From Azolla caroliniana (taxonomy: Eukaryota > Plantae > Polypodiophyta): a stretch of DNA of 64,000 nucleotides. Location: NCBI GenBank assembly GCA_043228905.1, contig JBHGNT010000008.1:14384001-14448000 (forward strand), written 5' to 3'. Positions within the stretch are counted from its first letter, which is position 1; each line of letters begins with the position of its first letter. Of this stretch, positions 24,863-37,123 are shown piece after piece. Below the pieces are notes generated by a model, which had not been told where the DNA came from, searched no databases, and worked only from the letters and a program-made list of their open reading frames with translations. The translations under genes were made by a program, and so were the position numbers.

Positions 24863-27000
24863 GTTCGGCACCATGAAGAAAAATGATTTCAAAGTCATAA
24901 TCAGCCAAGAAGGTCAACCATCGTGCTTGCCTCTGGTTCAAAATGCGAGTAGTGGTGAAGTAGACAAGGTTCTTGTGATCTGTCACCACCTGGACATGGT
25001 GTTGGGCGGCAATAATGACGGAGAGTTCTTTGTCGTAAATTGGGCAGTTGACTTCAAGGGGTGTGAACTTCCGAGAATGAAAGGCAACAGGATGAAGGAT
25101 CCCATTGTTATCTGATTGAGAGAGAATGGCACCGATGGCGAAGTCAAAGGCATTAGTTTCGATCGTAAATGGTTTGGTCAGATCTAGGTGTAGAAGTATT
25201 GGAGCCGAGGTAAAAGATTTCTTTAGTGTCTCGAATGCCAGTTGGGTTGTAGGAGTCCAGCAAAAAGGAGAATCCTTGAATGTATCGACGATAGAAGTTG
25301 GCAAAACCCAAAAACGATTCCACATCCTTGAACCTGGTGGGGGCTTCCCACTCTTGAACCATTGCGACTTTCTTCTTATCCTTAATGAGACCATCAGATG
25401 AAATAACATACCCAAGGAATTCAATTGAGGTTCGATCAAACTCACACTTCTCAAGTTTTGCATAAAGTCATGTTCCCAAAGTTTGGACAGGATAAGTCGG
25501 ACGTGCTTGGTGTGCTCTATGTAGTCCTGTGAGAAGATAAGTATGTCATCGAGATAGATGACCACAAATTGGTCTAGATATTCTCGTAAGATATCATTCA
25601 TCATATGTTGAAAAATTGTAGGAGCGTTTGTGAGACCAAATGGCATTACCATGTATTCAAAATGCTCGTACCTAGTTCGAAATGTCGTTTTCCACTCATC
25701 TCCATGCTTGATACACACCAAGTTGTAGGCGCCTCTGAGATCAATTTTGGAGAATATAAATCCAGCCCGAAGTCGGTCGCAAAGTTCGGGGATTAGAGGT
25801 AGTGGATAGCGGTTTCGAACAGTGACTCGATTGACCCCGTGATAGCCGATACATAAGCATAACATTCCATATTTCTTTTTGACAAATAGGATAGGAGAGC
25901 CACCTGGAGATTTTGAGTGGAGAATGAATCCCTTTGTGAGATTCTCTTCAATGTATATTTTGAGGGCCTTGAGTTCAGGTTCAGGTAACCCATAGCTAGG
26001 GCCAAAAGGAGGACAAGCACCATTTTTCAAGTCAATTGGACAATCGTATGGGCGATGTTCAGGCAAACGATCAACATTTTTCTTCTCAATACATCAAAGA
26101 AGTCATTGTATTTTGATGGAAAAGAGCTAGTACATAGGGCAATGTCTGGAGTGGACATGACCACCATGTCCTTAGAATTAGAAATGGATGCAATCAACAT
26201 TGTATCACTTACCCGAGCAAGAGTGGAAACTGTTTCCGAGGCCGAAGCAGTAGTAACTATCGATGTTGTTTCTATTGGAGTAACCGTTAACACAATTCTT
26301 GTAGAAGAGCAAATGGGAGCGACCGCTAACTTGGTCCTCACCAAAGCAGAAAAGGGAGTTGCCTCCAAAACATGAGTGGGAGCAACCGTTGACACGGTTC
26401 TCACCGGTGCAGAAATGGGAATTGGAGCAACCGTTTATGTGGTCCTCGCCGGAGCAAGCATCCAAAGAAATGGCAAAGCATTGGCTCGAAGAAGAGCGAA
26501 AGCAATCCCTTGTGGGCGAGAATTCGAGGTGAGGTTGATGGAGCGAGATCGCCAATCCACAATTGGATTGTGAGTCTCGAGCCATGATAACCCCAAGATG
26601 ATAGGATGTGAAGGTGATGTGATGAGGTTAAAAATTATTTCTTCCTGGTGGCCTCCTATGTGAAGACTCGAGTGTTCGACCGTCGATCACTTCAATTGTG
26701 ATTGCACCAGAAGAGAGTGTTCGACCTTCGATCACTTCAATTGGAATCCGGATAGTTATTTTATTGCTTGGAATGTTGTGTGTCTGTGCAAACATGATAT
26801 CAATAAAGCACGACATAGCCCCAGAATACAACAAAGCTTTTGTCTTCAAAGTGGTAGAGGCAAACTAAAGAGTGATCGGAAGCGTGAAGCTTGTTGTCGA
26901 GGCAGTCGGTTGATTGGGCCCTTGACACAATTGTTGACTATTGTGGTCCAGATGCACAGCCCCTACTGCAACTGGACATTGGAGTTTTCCTGTTGATCGA

Positions 27001-27371
27001 TGTTGGCCGGTCAGAGAAGGCAAATGGGAAAGCAAGGTCGGATCGGATAAATATAGAAATAGGAATAGAATTATTAGGAGGGACGGATCCGGTAGTTGTA
27101 ACCGATCCGGATCCGAACCGATTCGGTTTCGGTTAACGGTTGCTTATCAAGCACCGATTGTAATCTGGCCGGATGCCTATAAAAGGATCCGATGTTTTGT
27201 AATGAAGGGGCGAAGAATTAATATAGTTTTGTTTATGCTGATTAATCTTGTCTTCGTCTGTGCTTAAGTATAATTATCATACGCGTGTATTAACATCCTA
27301 TCCCTACCACCCCTTTGGAGAAGTGTCGGATAGACACCTGTGTTGCGGCTAGTCCAGCCATACATACAACA
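27001..27371 (+). repeat. 5' LTR of gypsy B
   Basis: TGTTG...CAACA; direct repeat of 36722-37083. Confidence 0.95.
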
Positions 27372-27423
27372 CTATTTTGGCGACCACGATTCCTGCAGAG
27401 TGCAGAGGACAACCGGGGGATGG

Positions 27424-30400
27424 ATGTCTAGACAAAATAACGACCACATCACCGAAAGAGGGAGACGCCACGCCGAACGGCAGCGACGACGGGAAGCCCT
27501 GCAGCAAGCCGTCGACGAGATCCGGCGCGATCGGTCATTCTCAAAAACGCTTCGGCAAATCGCAGAAGACGCACTGCAGTTCCAGGTTCTACAAGCTTCC
27601 GACGAAGGCAGTAGCATAACCAGCCTCCAAGAAGCGGAGACACTACTACAGACCCTCGCTGGCAGCGACGGGGACGCAGCGGCATTTGCAACATTAGAGG
27701 CAGATTCGGATAGCGGGGAAAGCGTGGGATCCCGCTATAAAAGCAGCCGCGAGAACAACCCCTTTGAGTCGGATCACTCAGCAACATCGGAGCCAGAGGA
27801 GGAACTAACTCTGGAGTTCGGTGACCGGCAATCGCCGAGGAGGGAGGAGCGGTTATCAACACCACCCGCGGAGGAACCGCAGGAGCGGATACCAACACCA
27901 CCTGCGGAGGAACCGCAGGATCGGAGACCGACATCGGAGGAACCAGCGCAGGAGAATCAGTGGGACGACACGATGCCGTATCCGTACCCAAAGTATCGGG
28001 ATGAGCCCGACGGAGAGGCACATGTGTATGCATTCCTGCGAACATGGGAAGCCAACCACGTGTCCCAAAGACTGACGGAGCCCGAGGCCGACCGATCCAA
28101 AGTCGCCGAATTCGGCATGACATTAGAAGGACCGGCGGCCCGGTGGCACGACAAGCACTTACCAGGCAGCTTCGCCACGTTCGAGGCATTGAAAACCCAG
28201 TTTTTACGCTTGTTTCATAGACGAGTGGAACAAAGGGAATTGGTCGGACAATTCTACACCACTCGGCAGGGAGAAAACGAGACGGTCCCACAATTTATCA
28301 TTCGTTTCCAGACCTTGCACAGTCAATTAGCAAGAGCACCACCCGAAGAGGAGGCCAAGGCAGTCTTTTTGGCTGCGTTAAAAGACCCACTTCGAGCGAT
28401 GTGTGGAATCATCGATTTCAGCACCAGCACAATGGACCAAGTCATTGATCGGGTCCTGGAAATGGACAACACGAGCCCCTTCTTGCCGATGGGGGCGTTA
28501 CACCAGGCGCTTCCGAAGGAGGAGGACCTCCGGTTCCGACAAGCCCTACAATGCACAACATGCCTAAATTCGGGGCACTCGACCGTTGACTGCACCCTGC
28601 GCGCACAGTGCATGATATGCAATTCTCGCGCCCACACAACGAACCAATGCGAGTATAACCTGTTAACTCGACAAGCGGCACCGGTCCGACACATAGAACC
28701 GCGCAATCGGGACCCGGAAGAGGATCGATTCCGGAGGGACGACCGCTACCGACGAGAACGCGGCGACAGATACCCCGATAGAAGACGCGACAGCTCTGAC
28801 CGAGAGGAGAACCGAAGGGATAGCTACCCCCGGGACCGGTACGACCGAGAGGAGAACCGAAGGGATAGCTACCCCCGGGACCGGTACGACCGAGACGAAT
28901 CCCCGGAATACGAGCGACGCAGAGAAGAAAGGCGGCCAGGGAACCGGAATTTCCGACGGAACCAAAGGCGTGGATTCTTCCGTAGAGAGGAGCGTCGGGA
29001 GGCACCAAGGAATGACAAACCAGTAGCGACCCCGGAGAACCAAAAAACCGAGGACAACCGCCGGGGAATGCCCCTTCCCCAAACATGGGAAAAAGGAGAA
29101 TCCAGCAACACGCACAGGGTGTACTGTTATTACTGCTGAAAAGAAGGGCATTACAGTAATCAATGCCCAAGCAAAACAGCCGACAAGCAGCCAGCAGTCA
29201 ACATGGTGACAGCCGAAGTACAGCAGGTTACCACGCGGTCGAAGGGGAAGGCCGCCGAATGGGAAGCCCAGGAAGCAATCAGAAAACAAGCGGCACAATG
29301 GATCAAAGAAGCCAACGAACAAGGTGCGGCGGAAGTAAGAAACCAAAATATGCCAAGGGAGGAGGAAATCGTACAGCCAGGAGAAAACCCGACATGGCAA
29401 GCACTACAAGATTGTCAGATCGTGCTGCCGTTGGCACGGTTACTGCAGTTGGTGCCGCGGTTCACAGCAGACTTACAAGCCGCCGTGAGCAAACCGACGC
29501 CGACGCCAGCACCGGCATTTTTCTCCAACCCGGAGGAAGGCCCAGCGGTGGTTGATACCAGTAGCCCAGCAATCACGACAATCGTCAAAGGAAAGGAGAT
29601 TCCAGGAACAATTATTGACGGAGGCTCCGGGGTGAACGTCATTAGTCGACAGACATGCGACGACCTAGGCATCCAGGAGTGGGAACCATGCCCCTTCTGG
29701 TTACGCATGGCGGATACAAGCTCAGTCCGACCAACTGGTCTTATCCGGGACTTGGAAGTAACAATAGGAGGCCACGTATTCCGAATATCGGCCGTAGTAC
29801 TAGAGCTGAATGTACAAGGCGCATATCCCCTACTGTTAGGACGACCATGGCTGCGAACGGCGCATATCAAGCAAAACTGGCAAAAGAATATGATCACGTT
29901 CCGACGAGGGAAAACAAAGGTACGGGTAGCCACGCAACCACGGGTGCTCACTAGCAAGGAGGCAACCCCTTTATATGCCGAAAGCATCAACATGTTGGAG
30001 GGCTTACCGGATGAGGAAGTTGATCGGTACCTCGAGGAACACCCACAGATCGTCCCACTTTTTGAGGTGGATATCACGGCAGCAGTAGAGCCGTACATCA
30101 CAATGCCGGACGAGCCGGACAAAGTGGCGATCCGGGAACTACGCCAAGCACAGGAAGCCCTAGAAAGAGAAATGACGATATCCCAAAGGGTGAAAGCATC
30201 CCAGCTGGAAGAGGTGGACCTCGGCACAACCGAACAACCCCGACCGGTAAAAGTCGCGAAGGAATTGCCGAAGGAGGAAAAACAGGCAATGGTAGCACTG
30301 TTAACGAATTTCAAGGACGTGTTCGCATGGTCATACGAAGACATGCGAGGGTTGGACCCCCAGCTCTACCAGCACCAAATTCATTTAAGTACTGACGCGA

Positions 30401-33144
30401 AACCCATCGCTCAACGTCGGTACCGAATGAATCCAAACTATGCGGCAAAGGTGAAGGAGGAAATTGACAAGCTTCTCCGGGTCGGATTTATCCGACCAGT
30501 CAAGCAGGCAACCTGGCTAAGCCCGATAGTGGTGGTCCCGAAAAAGAACGGCAAAATCCGGGTATGTGTGGACTACAGGAAACTAAATGCCGCGACAGTG
30601 ACCGACGCTTTTCCACTACCATTCACGGACGGAGTGCTAGATGCGGTGGCCGGCCACGAAGTTTACAGCTTCCTGGACGGATTCAGCGGCTACAATCAAA
30701 TCCGAATGAACCCGGCCGACCAAGAGAAAACAGCGTTCGTGACGGAATGGGGAGTGTTCGTCGCGGTCGTGATGATGTTCGGATTAAAGACAGCCCCTGC
30801 AACATTTCAAAGGATAATTATGGAAATCTTCGGTGATTTTATTCCCGGTTTCATGCAGGTCTTCCTAGACGATTTCGCCGTCTACAGCCGACACGGAGAG
30901 CATCTCGATCACCTACGACTATGCTTAGAAAAGTGCCGCGAGTACCGATTAAGTCTGAACCCGGCTAAGTGCGTCTTTGGCGTCGCAAGCGGCAACTTGT
31001 TAGGCCACGTGGTGAGTCGGGAAGGAATCGCGGTAGATCCGGATAAGGTGAAAGCAATTCTCAACGCACCGGCACCGAATAGCGCAAAGGCTTTAAGCCG
31101 ATTCCTTGGTCAAATAAGGTGGCATAGTCGGATGATACGGCACCTTGCCGACTTTGCTACACCATTGCACGCTGCTGTACATAGAGTACCTTTCCAATGG
31201 ACAGAAACGGAGGAGAAAGCCTACCAAGCGTTGAAGGTAATGCTGTCACAAGCTCCGGTGGTGCAGCCGCCGGACTGGAGTAAAAGCTTTCACGTCTTCG
31301 TCGACGCGTCGGACGTAGCAATCGGCAGCGTTTTGATGCAACTCACGGAACCGAACTGGTATCGGCCGGTGTACTACGCAAGCAGGAAACTCTCGAAAGC
31401 CGAACGGAACTACTCTACAACGGAACGAGAGGCATTAGGAATGGTGTACAGTGTCACAAAGTACAGGCACTATCTGCTCGGACGAAAGTTCTCCTTCCAC
31501 GTTGACCACTCGGCACTACTCTACCTGGTCTCAAAGGCAGCCCTGACAGGAAAACTCGCACGGTGGACGCTGCTATTACAGGAATTCGAATTCGACATTT
31601 TCCACCGACCCGGGGTGCAGCATGCGGTAGCAGACTACCTGAGCAGACTAGAATCCGGAGAATCAGGGGACGGCGTACAGGACGAATTTCCCGACGCCGA
31701 ACTGTTTAAGGTCACGACGGCACCGGCAACGGAGACCACAGTAGCGGACGAAGACAAATGGTTAACCGAAATGCATCAGTTCCTGAGCACCGGAGTTCCC
31801 CCGGAAAACCTGGACCGAGACGAACGGAAAAGGATGGCAGTACGGAGCAGACATTTCTGCTTGGTAGGGGACACCCTCTATCACAAGGGGGCAGATGGCG
31901 TATGGAGGCGAGCAGTGCGGAGCGATGAAAAGGATCTGATCCTGAGGGAAGCCCACTGTGGAATTGCAGGCGGGCATTATGCCGGCGAAACAACAGCCCG
32001 GAAGATATGGCAGAGCGGACTATGGTGGCCGACTACCATGAGAGATGCCGTTAAGTATAGCAGAGAATGCGACCTGTGTCAACGACTGGGCCAACCCACG
32101 GAGCAGGCCCGGATGCCACATCACCCGGTCTTGCCATTAGAACCATTCCAAAAGTGGGGTTTGGACTTTGTCGGCCCCTTTAAGCCACCGGCAATGCGGA
32201 CCGGAAATCGGTATATAATAGTGGCTACCGACTACTGCACCAAATGGGTAGAAGCAAAGGCACTACGGGACAACACGGCGGCGTCCACGGCCAAATTTTT
32301 ATATGAATGCATATGGTGTCGGTACGGATGCCCGATTGAGCTGATCAGTGACCAGGGAGGACATTTCCTCGGGCAGGTGGTGGAAAGTTTGACCTCATTC
32401 TATGCAGTAGTACACAAACGAAGCACTCCCTACTACCCTCAAGCCAACAGATTAGCGGAATCAACGAATAAAACGCTACAGAACATCCTTAGAAAAATCG
32501 TCAATGAGAACCGGACGGACTGGGACACGAAGTTGCAGAGCGTGCTGTGGGCGTACCGAACGGCGTACAAGACTAGCATCCGGACGACCCCGTTCCGACT
32601 GGCATTCGGCTTGGAAGCAGTCATGCCAGTAGAATTCCAAATTCCTAGCTTAAGAATACAGGTGAAGGAGCGGTTAAGCGAGAAGGAATCCGAACGAATC
32701 CGGCTGAAGATGTTGTTAGAACTGGAAGAAAATCGAATAGCCAGCCTGCTACAGCTAGAACTAGAGCAAAGGAGGAGGAAAGCCTTTGTAGACCGACACC
32801 GGCGCGGTAACGAAAAGGAATTCGAGGTCGGGAAACCTGTATTACTGTTCCAGACAAGGATGGGGAGCATGCCAGGGAAATTGCGATTTCGGTGGACCGG
32901 ACCATTCTGGATCACAAAGGAGTACAATGGGTCTTACCAGCTCGGGACGTTGTCAGGAGAAGTTGTGGGCAAATGGGCAAATGGGTTTCGCCTAAAACCG
33001 TATAAGGGGCACATGCCAGCTAACCCCTTCAAGCAAGACCCGGAAAACCCGAATGGCGAGGAACCGACACCGACGCGCAACAACGACGAGGAACCGACAA
33101 CAGTGCGCACCGACCCGAACACATCGGGGGGAACCGAACAATGA
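27424..33144 (+). CDS. gag-pol polyprotein of gypsy B, single frame with one premature TGA at 29137-29139
   Basis: ORFs 27340-29139 and 29203-33144 are in the same frame. The TGA falls inside the CCHC knuckle where copy A has Arg. PR DGG, RT FLDD, RH and INT present. Confidence 0.92.
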
Positions 33145-33160
33145 TGCGGCATATGGATTT

Positions 33161-33180
33161 AAAAAAAAAAAAAAAAAAAA
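33161..33180 (+). repeat. poly(A) tract after pol stop
   Basis: A20; copy A has (TAAAAA)n at the equivalent place (17441-17471). Confidence 0.9.
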
Positions 33181-33414
33181 GAAAACGTGGTGCTACAGTC
33201 AAGAAAACAAGAAGATCAAGAAAATCATGGTAATGATGAAGAAGGTAGTTACAACCGTCACACGGGTGCACGAGCTATTTAAAGCACAGAACGTGGGGGG
33301 CCGAGGTACAGGATTTAAAACGCGCGTCAATTAAGGAGTCATAATGACAGACACGTAGGAGATTCGACACACACGGCAAAGAAGCGCAAGCATGACACGC
33401 GGCAGCAAAGGACA

Positions 33415-33513
33415 GACATACTATTCATGACACAGCATGCGCAGGCGCCAAAAATAGGACATGCTATTCATGACAGAGCATGCGCAGGCGCCAAAAATAG
33501 GACATGCTATTCA
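33415..33513 (+). repeat. 43-bp tandem repeat (2.3 copies) in the pol-ORF3 spacer
   Basis: GACATRCTATTCATGACASAGCATGCGCAGGCGCCAAAAATAG repeated. Confidence 0.9.
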
Positions 33514-33755
33514 AGGCAGAACACGTGCAGCCGTCAAAATTAAAGAGTGACATGCTAATTATGGCAGGGGACGCGCGAAAAACAGGAAAAGGCGGCTCGA
33601 GGGAAACGCCACTATATAAAGGAAGAACCAGAGAAGGGTTCACTTTTTACGAATTTTCCCACAAGCAAACGCAGGCTCAAGACAGCAAGATCCGACGCGC
33701 AGAACACCTACACCCCGACCTCAGACCACAGGCAGCAGCAGACGAAGAAGAAGCG

Positions 33756-36671
33756 ATGGCACTGTCGGACGGAGCGCGACAATGGCTGACGGAGAACGGA
33801 TTAGGAGGGCTGCTGCGGGTCGCTGACGCTCCACCACACAAGGAACCAGAGCAGGCGGCAACAGCGGTGGACTTAGCAGAGGTCACTGAAGGAGCGGTAC
33901 AAGCGCTCACAGGGATTTCGGAGGGAGGACTTCAGACGATAGAGCTACCCTCGAGCCAAATATTCTTCGAGTATTTCGGCGAATACTCCCTTAGCAGCAA
34001 GGCGTATCGCACACAGGGCGGAGAGAACCTGCTGTTCGGAGAGGTGGCCCGCGCCCTGATGGAGTACGGGTTCGTGAACCCTCGTCCGGCAGCCATAGCC
34101 AAATACCGAGCAGCGATCGTCATCGCGACATTCGAAGGCCTGCAGGTGGACTGGCTCCATTTCATCACCGAAGGACTGAAAGAGGCGATCAAGCACTTAG
34201 TGGAAGGGAAGAAGCCATGGGCCGGAATATCCCAATGGTTAACAGTGTTGGTCCCACCGGTGTCCCCCATCAAGCACAAGCAAAGAAGTCGGCAGGAGAC
34301 TACCCCGAAGCAAACCATGAAGCGCCGACGAATCCTAGAGAAACACACTCCAGGATGGACACAGGAAGAAGAAGCGCCGCGGGAAGAAGGATCATCCCGA
34401 CAGCCGCGGAAAGAAGGCTCATCTCGACAACCGCGGGAAGAAGACTCATCCCGACAGCAAAGGGAGGAAGGCCCATCATGGCAGCCACAGAAACAGCAAC
34501 AGCAACCGACAACGAAGAAGAAAAAGGCGGAAAAAGGCAAGGAGAAGCTGGCAAAGAAGACCAGCAAGAGGCAAACCGACACCGAACCAGTAACGCTCGA
34601 ATCGGAACCGGTACCAGTAAAGGAACCAATAGTGGCACCGACGGAGGACGCTGAAACAGAGGAAGACTCATCCGAACCGATGTTAATACTACCACCCAGG
34701 CAAGGAGAGGAGAAACGAGCGACAAGACCGACCCCAACAGCGGACGGAACTCAGCAAAGGGCAAAAGAACCGCCTCCAGTAACCGGAACAGAAGCGACAC
34801 AGGATGAAGGTCCGTCTGCACCAAAGACGGCAGTACCGGAACCGACGGCGGCGGAGTTCGAGGAACAAAGAAAGGAACAAGCGCCGGAACAAGAGAAGAG
34901 GCCGGAGAAACAGCCGGAAAACCAGCCGGAGCTAGGCACGCCTGCTGACACCAACGAAGGCAGAACAAAGGCACAATGGCTAAGGTGGTTGTCAGGGCAG
35001 TTATCGGGAGTAGCAGACCAGATGGAGAAAGAGGAGGAGCAAAGAGAAGAAGTGACTAGGACGATGACTAAGGATATGGTCATGCTCCGGGCACAATTAC
35101 ATGAGCTGCAAGAAGAGCTAGCACAGGCAAAAGAAGGCAGCCGACAAGCACAAGATGGCACCGAGCCGGTCGGGACATCAGAAAAGCAAGCCGAACCAGA
35201 AACGGGGAAGGCCTTGCAAACCGGCCCTGAGACCGAGAAGTTAATAGCAACTTTGAAAGAAGAATTACAGGCTCAGGAGGCATTGAGAGATAACGAAAGA
35301 GAGCAGCGGAAGTTGGCAGAAGACGACAGACGGCGAATGGAGGAAGGCCTTCGCCGAAGCAAAGCCACTAATGACCGACTACAAGAAGAAAACGGGACAC
35401 TGCAAAAGGAAAAAGATAGGCTGCGCCGACGAATGGAGCAGGAAATTGAGCGGTTGCGAGAGGAACTCCGACAATAAAAGGACCGGGATGATCAGTTGCG
35501 AGCTCAGGCGAACCGACGCCTAAAACAGAAGACGGAGGAATTCGACAGACTATGTAAGGATTATAAACAGGCCACGTCGGACATCAAGAATCAGGCAGCA
35601 ACGTACGACCGACAGATAGAGAAGCTGAAAGAGCAGCTCAAGGAAAACCGCTTGGAATTGTCCAAAGCAAGGGAGGAAGTATCGGCGGAAAAGACCTTGA
35701 CGTCGGAACAAAGAAAGGAGATGGAAGTACTTCGGCAGAAAGTAGGGGAGCTGACAAAGAGCAGGAATGAGGAGAAAGTGAAGTTGACTTTCGAAATCAA
35801 CAAATGGCGGAGTACCTGTGACAAGCAAAAAGTCGACTCTGAAGCTCAAGCTCAGTTAATGGCCGACATCATCAAACGGATAAGGAAGGAAAAACAAGCA
35901 GCTTCGGAACAGGCTAAAGCAGGGGTTGACCGAATTAAGTTCATCATGTCAACCTGGAGTACCCGAGCTCAGGCCAGCATAAATGAAAGCACGGAGAAAC
36001 TCTGGAAGGAATGGGCACAACAGGCAGCTGAACTGCAGACACTCCGAGCTGATGCAGAAAATCGGAAGAAAACTGGAGATGGGTTCTATAAAATGGACGA
36101 AGAAAGTATCGTCAACATCCGGGAAGAATTGTCGGAGGATTTCTATGCTCTAGCAGAAGAGCATCTCAAGGAAATCCGAGGGTTAGTAGAGAGGTTGGAT
36201 GACGGGCAGCTCGAAACCCAACTAGAATTGGAAGGGTACGAGAAGGACCGACTGCGACAGGAAGCCGAGGGACACACAACGCCGATCTCCATTAGTGAGG
36301 GCGAGCGACCGGCTGAAGAGGACCCAACCAACAATGCACCCCGACAAGAATTACCCGAGGAAGAACTTCCGGAGCAAGAGCAGGTTGATGCCGGGGATGA
36401 TGCAGAGTGGAGACAGAGAAGTACCGAATCCGGGGAGGAAAGGACACAACCAGTAGAAACCGGAGAAAGCGATACCGGGAACGGAACGGAGGTAGAGCAG
36501 GACAGACCCGGACAGGATACAGAAGAAACACCGGTACTACCGGTAGAAGCAGAGTCGGAGCAGCAAGATGCGAATAAGCAGCCAATCCAATCGGAAGTCG
36601 GAGACGGCACAGGCAAAACAACACTTGAAACCTCTGAGCGGAGTTTGCTGGATAATTTGGAGGAAGACTGA
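33756..36671 (+). CDS. extra ORF3 of gypsy B, about 971 codons with one premature TAA (35475): globular N-domain, disordered linker, long coiled coil, acidic tail
   Basis: ORFs 33504-35477 and 35496-36671 are in the same frame; the ATG at 33756 is conserved in copy A (17824). Confidence 0.85.
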
Positions 36672-36721
36672 AGCCGGCTGTGGGTTCGAAGTGCAATGCA
36701 CTTTCCCACGGGCGTGCCATG

Positions 36722-37083
36722 TGTTGGCCGGTCAGAGAAGGCAAATGGGAAAGCAAGGTCGGATCGGATAAATATAGAAATAGGAATAGAATTATTAGGA
36801 GGGACGGATCCGGTAGTTGTAACCGATCCGGATCCGAACCGATTCGGTTTCGGTTAACGGTTGCTTATCAAGCACCGATTGTAATCTGGCCGGATGCCTA
36901 TAAAAGGATCCGATGTTTTGTAATGAAGGGGCGAAGAATTAATATAGTTTTGTTTATGCTGATTAATCTTGTCTTCGTCTGTGCTTAAGTATAATTATCA
37001 TACGCGTGTATTAACATCCTATCCCTACCACCCCTTTGGAGAAGTGTCGGATAGACACCTGTGTTGCGGCTAGTCCAGCCATA
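36722..37083 (+). repeat. 3' LTR of gypsy B (end damaged)
   Basis: Matches 27001-27362. Confidence 0.93.
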
Positions 37084-37123
37084 TCCACACGATGTCTCAT
37101 CCACACGATGTGGTGTTTAACGG

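Larger units (their letters stand above)
27001..37083 (+). mobile_element. non-chromovirus Ty3/gypsy element with extra 3' ORF, copy B (young, near intact)
   Basis: LTRs at 27001-27371 and 36722-37083 appear identical over the shared 362 bp. The last 9 bp of the 3' LTR are replaced by filler. Left TSD is ATCGA. Confidence 0.95.

Noticed and set aside
29137-29139. TGA between gag and pol of copy B as a programmed readthrough site
   Set aside because: It interrupts the CCHC knuckle and copy A has an Arg codon there; a CGA>TGA mutation is simpler.
35475-35477. ORF3 as two separate genes
   Set aside because: Both halves are in the same frame and copy A has CAG at this codon.
36679-36719. Functional tRNA gene or SINE
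   Set aside because: Only the 3' third of a tRNA is present (no D-arm, A box or anticodon arm), CCA is encoded, and there is no TSD or tail.
27001-37083. Internal region inverted relative to the LTRs as an explanation for the minus-strand PBS
   Set aside because: The LTR TATA box and all ORFs are on the plus strand, the other end has a PBS rather than a minus-strand PPT, and both copies share the layout.
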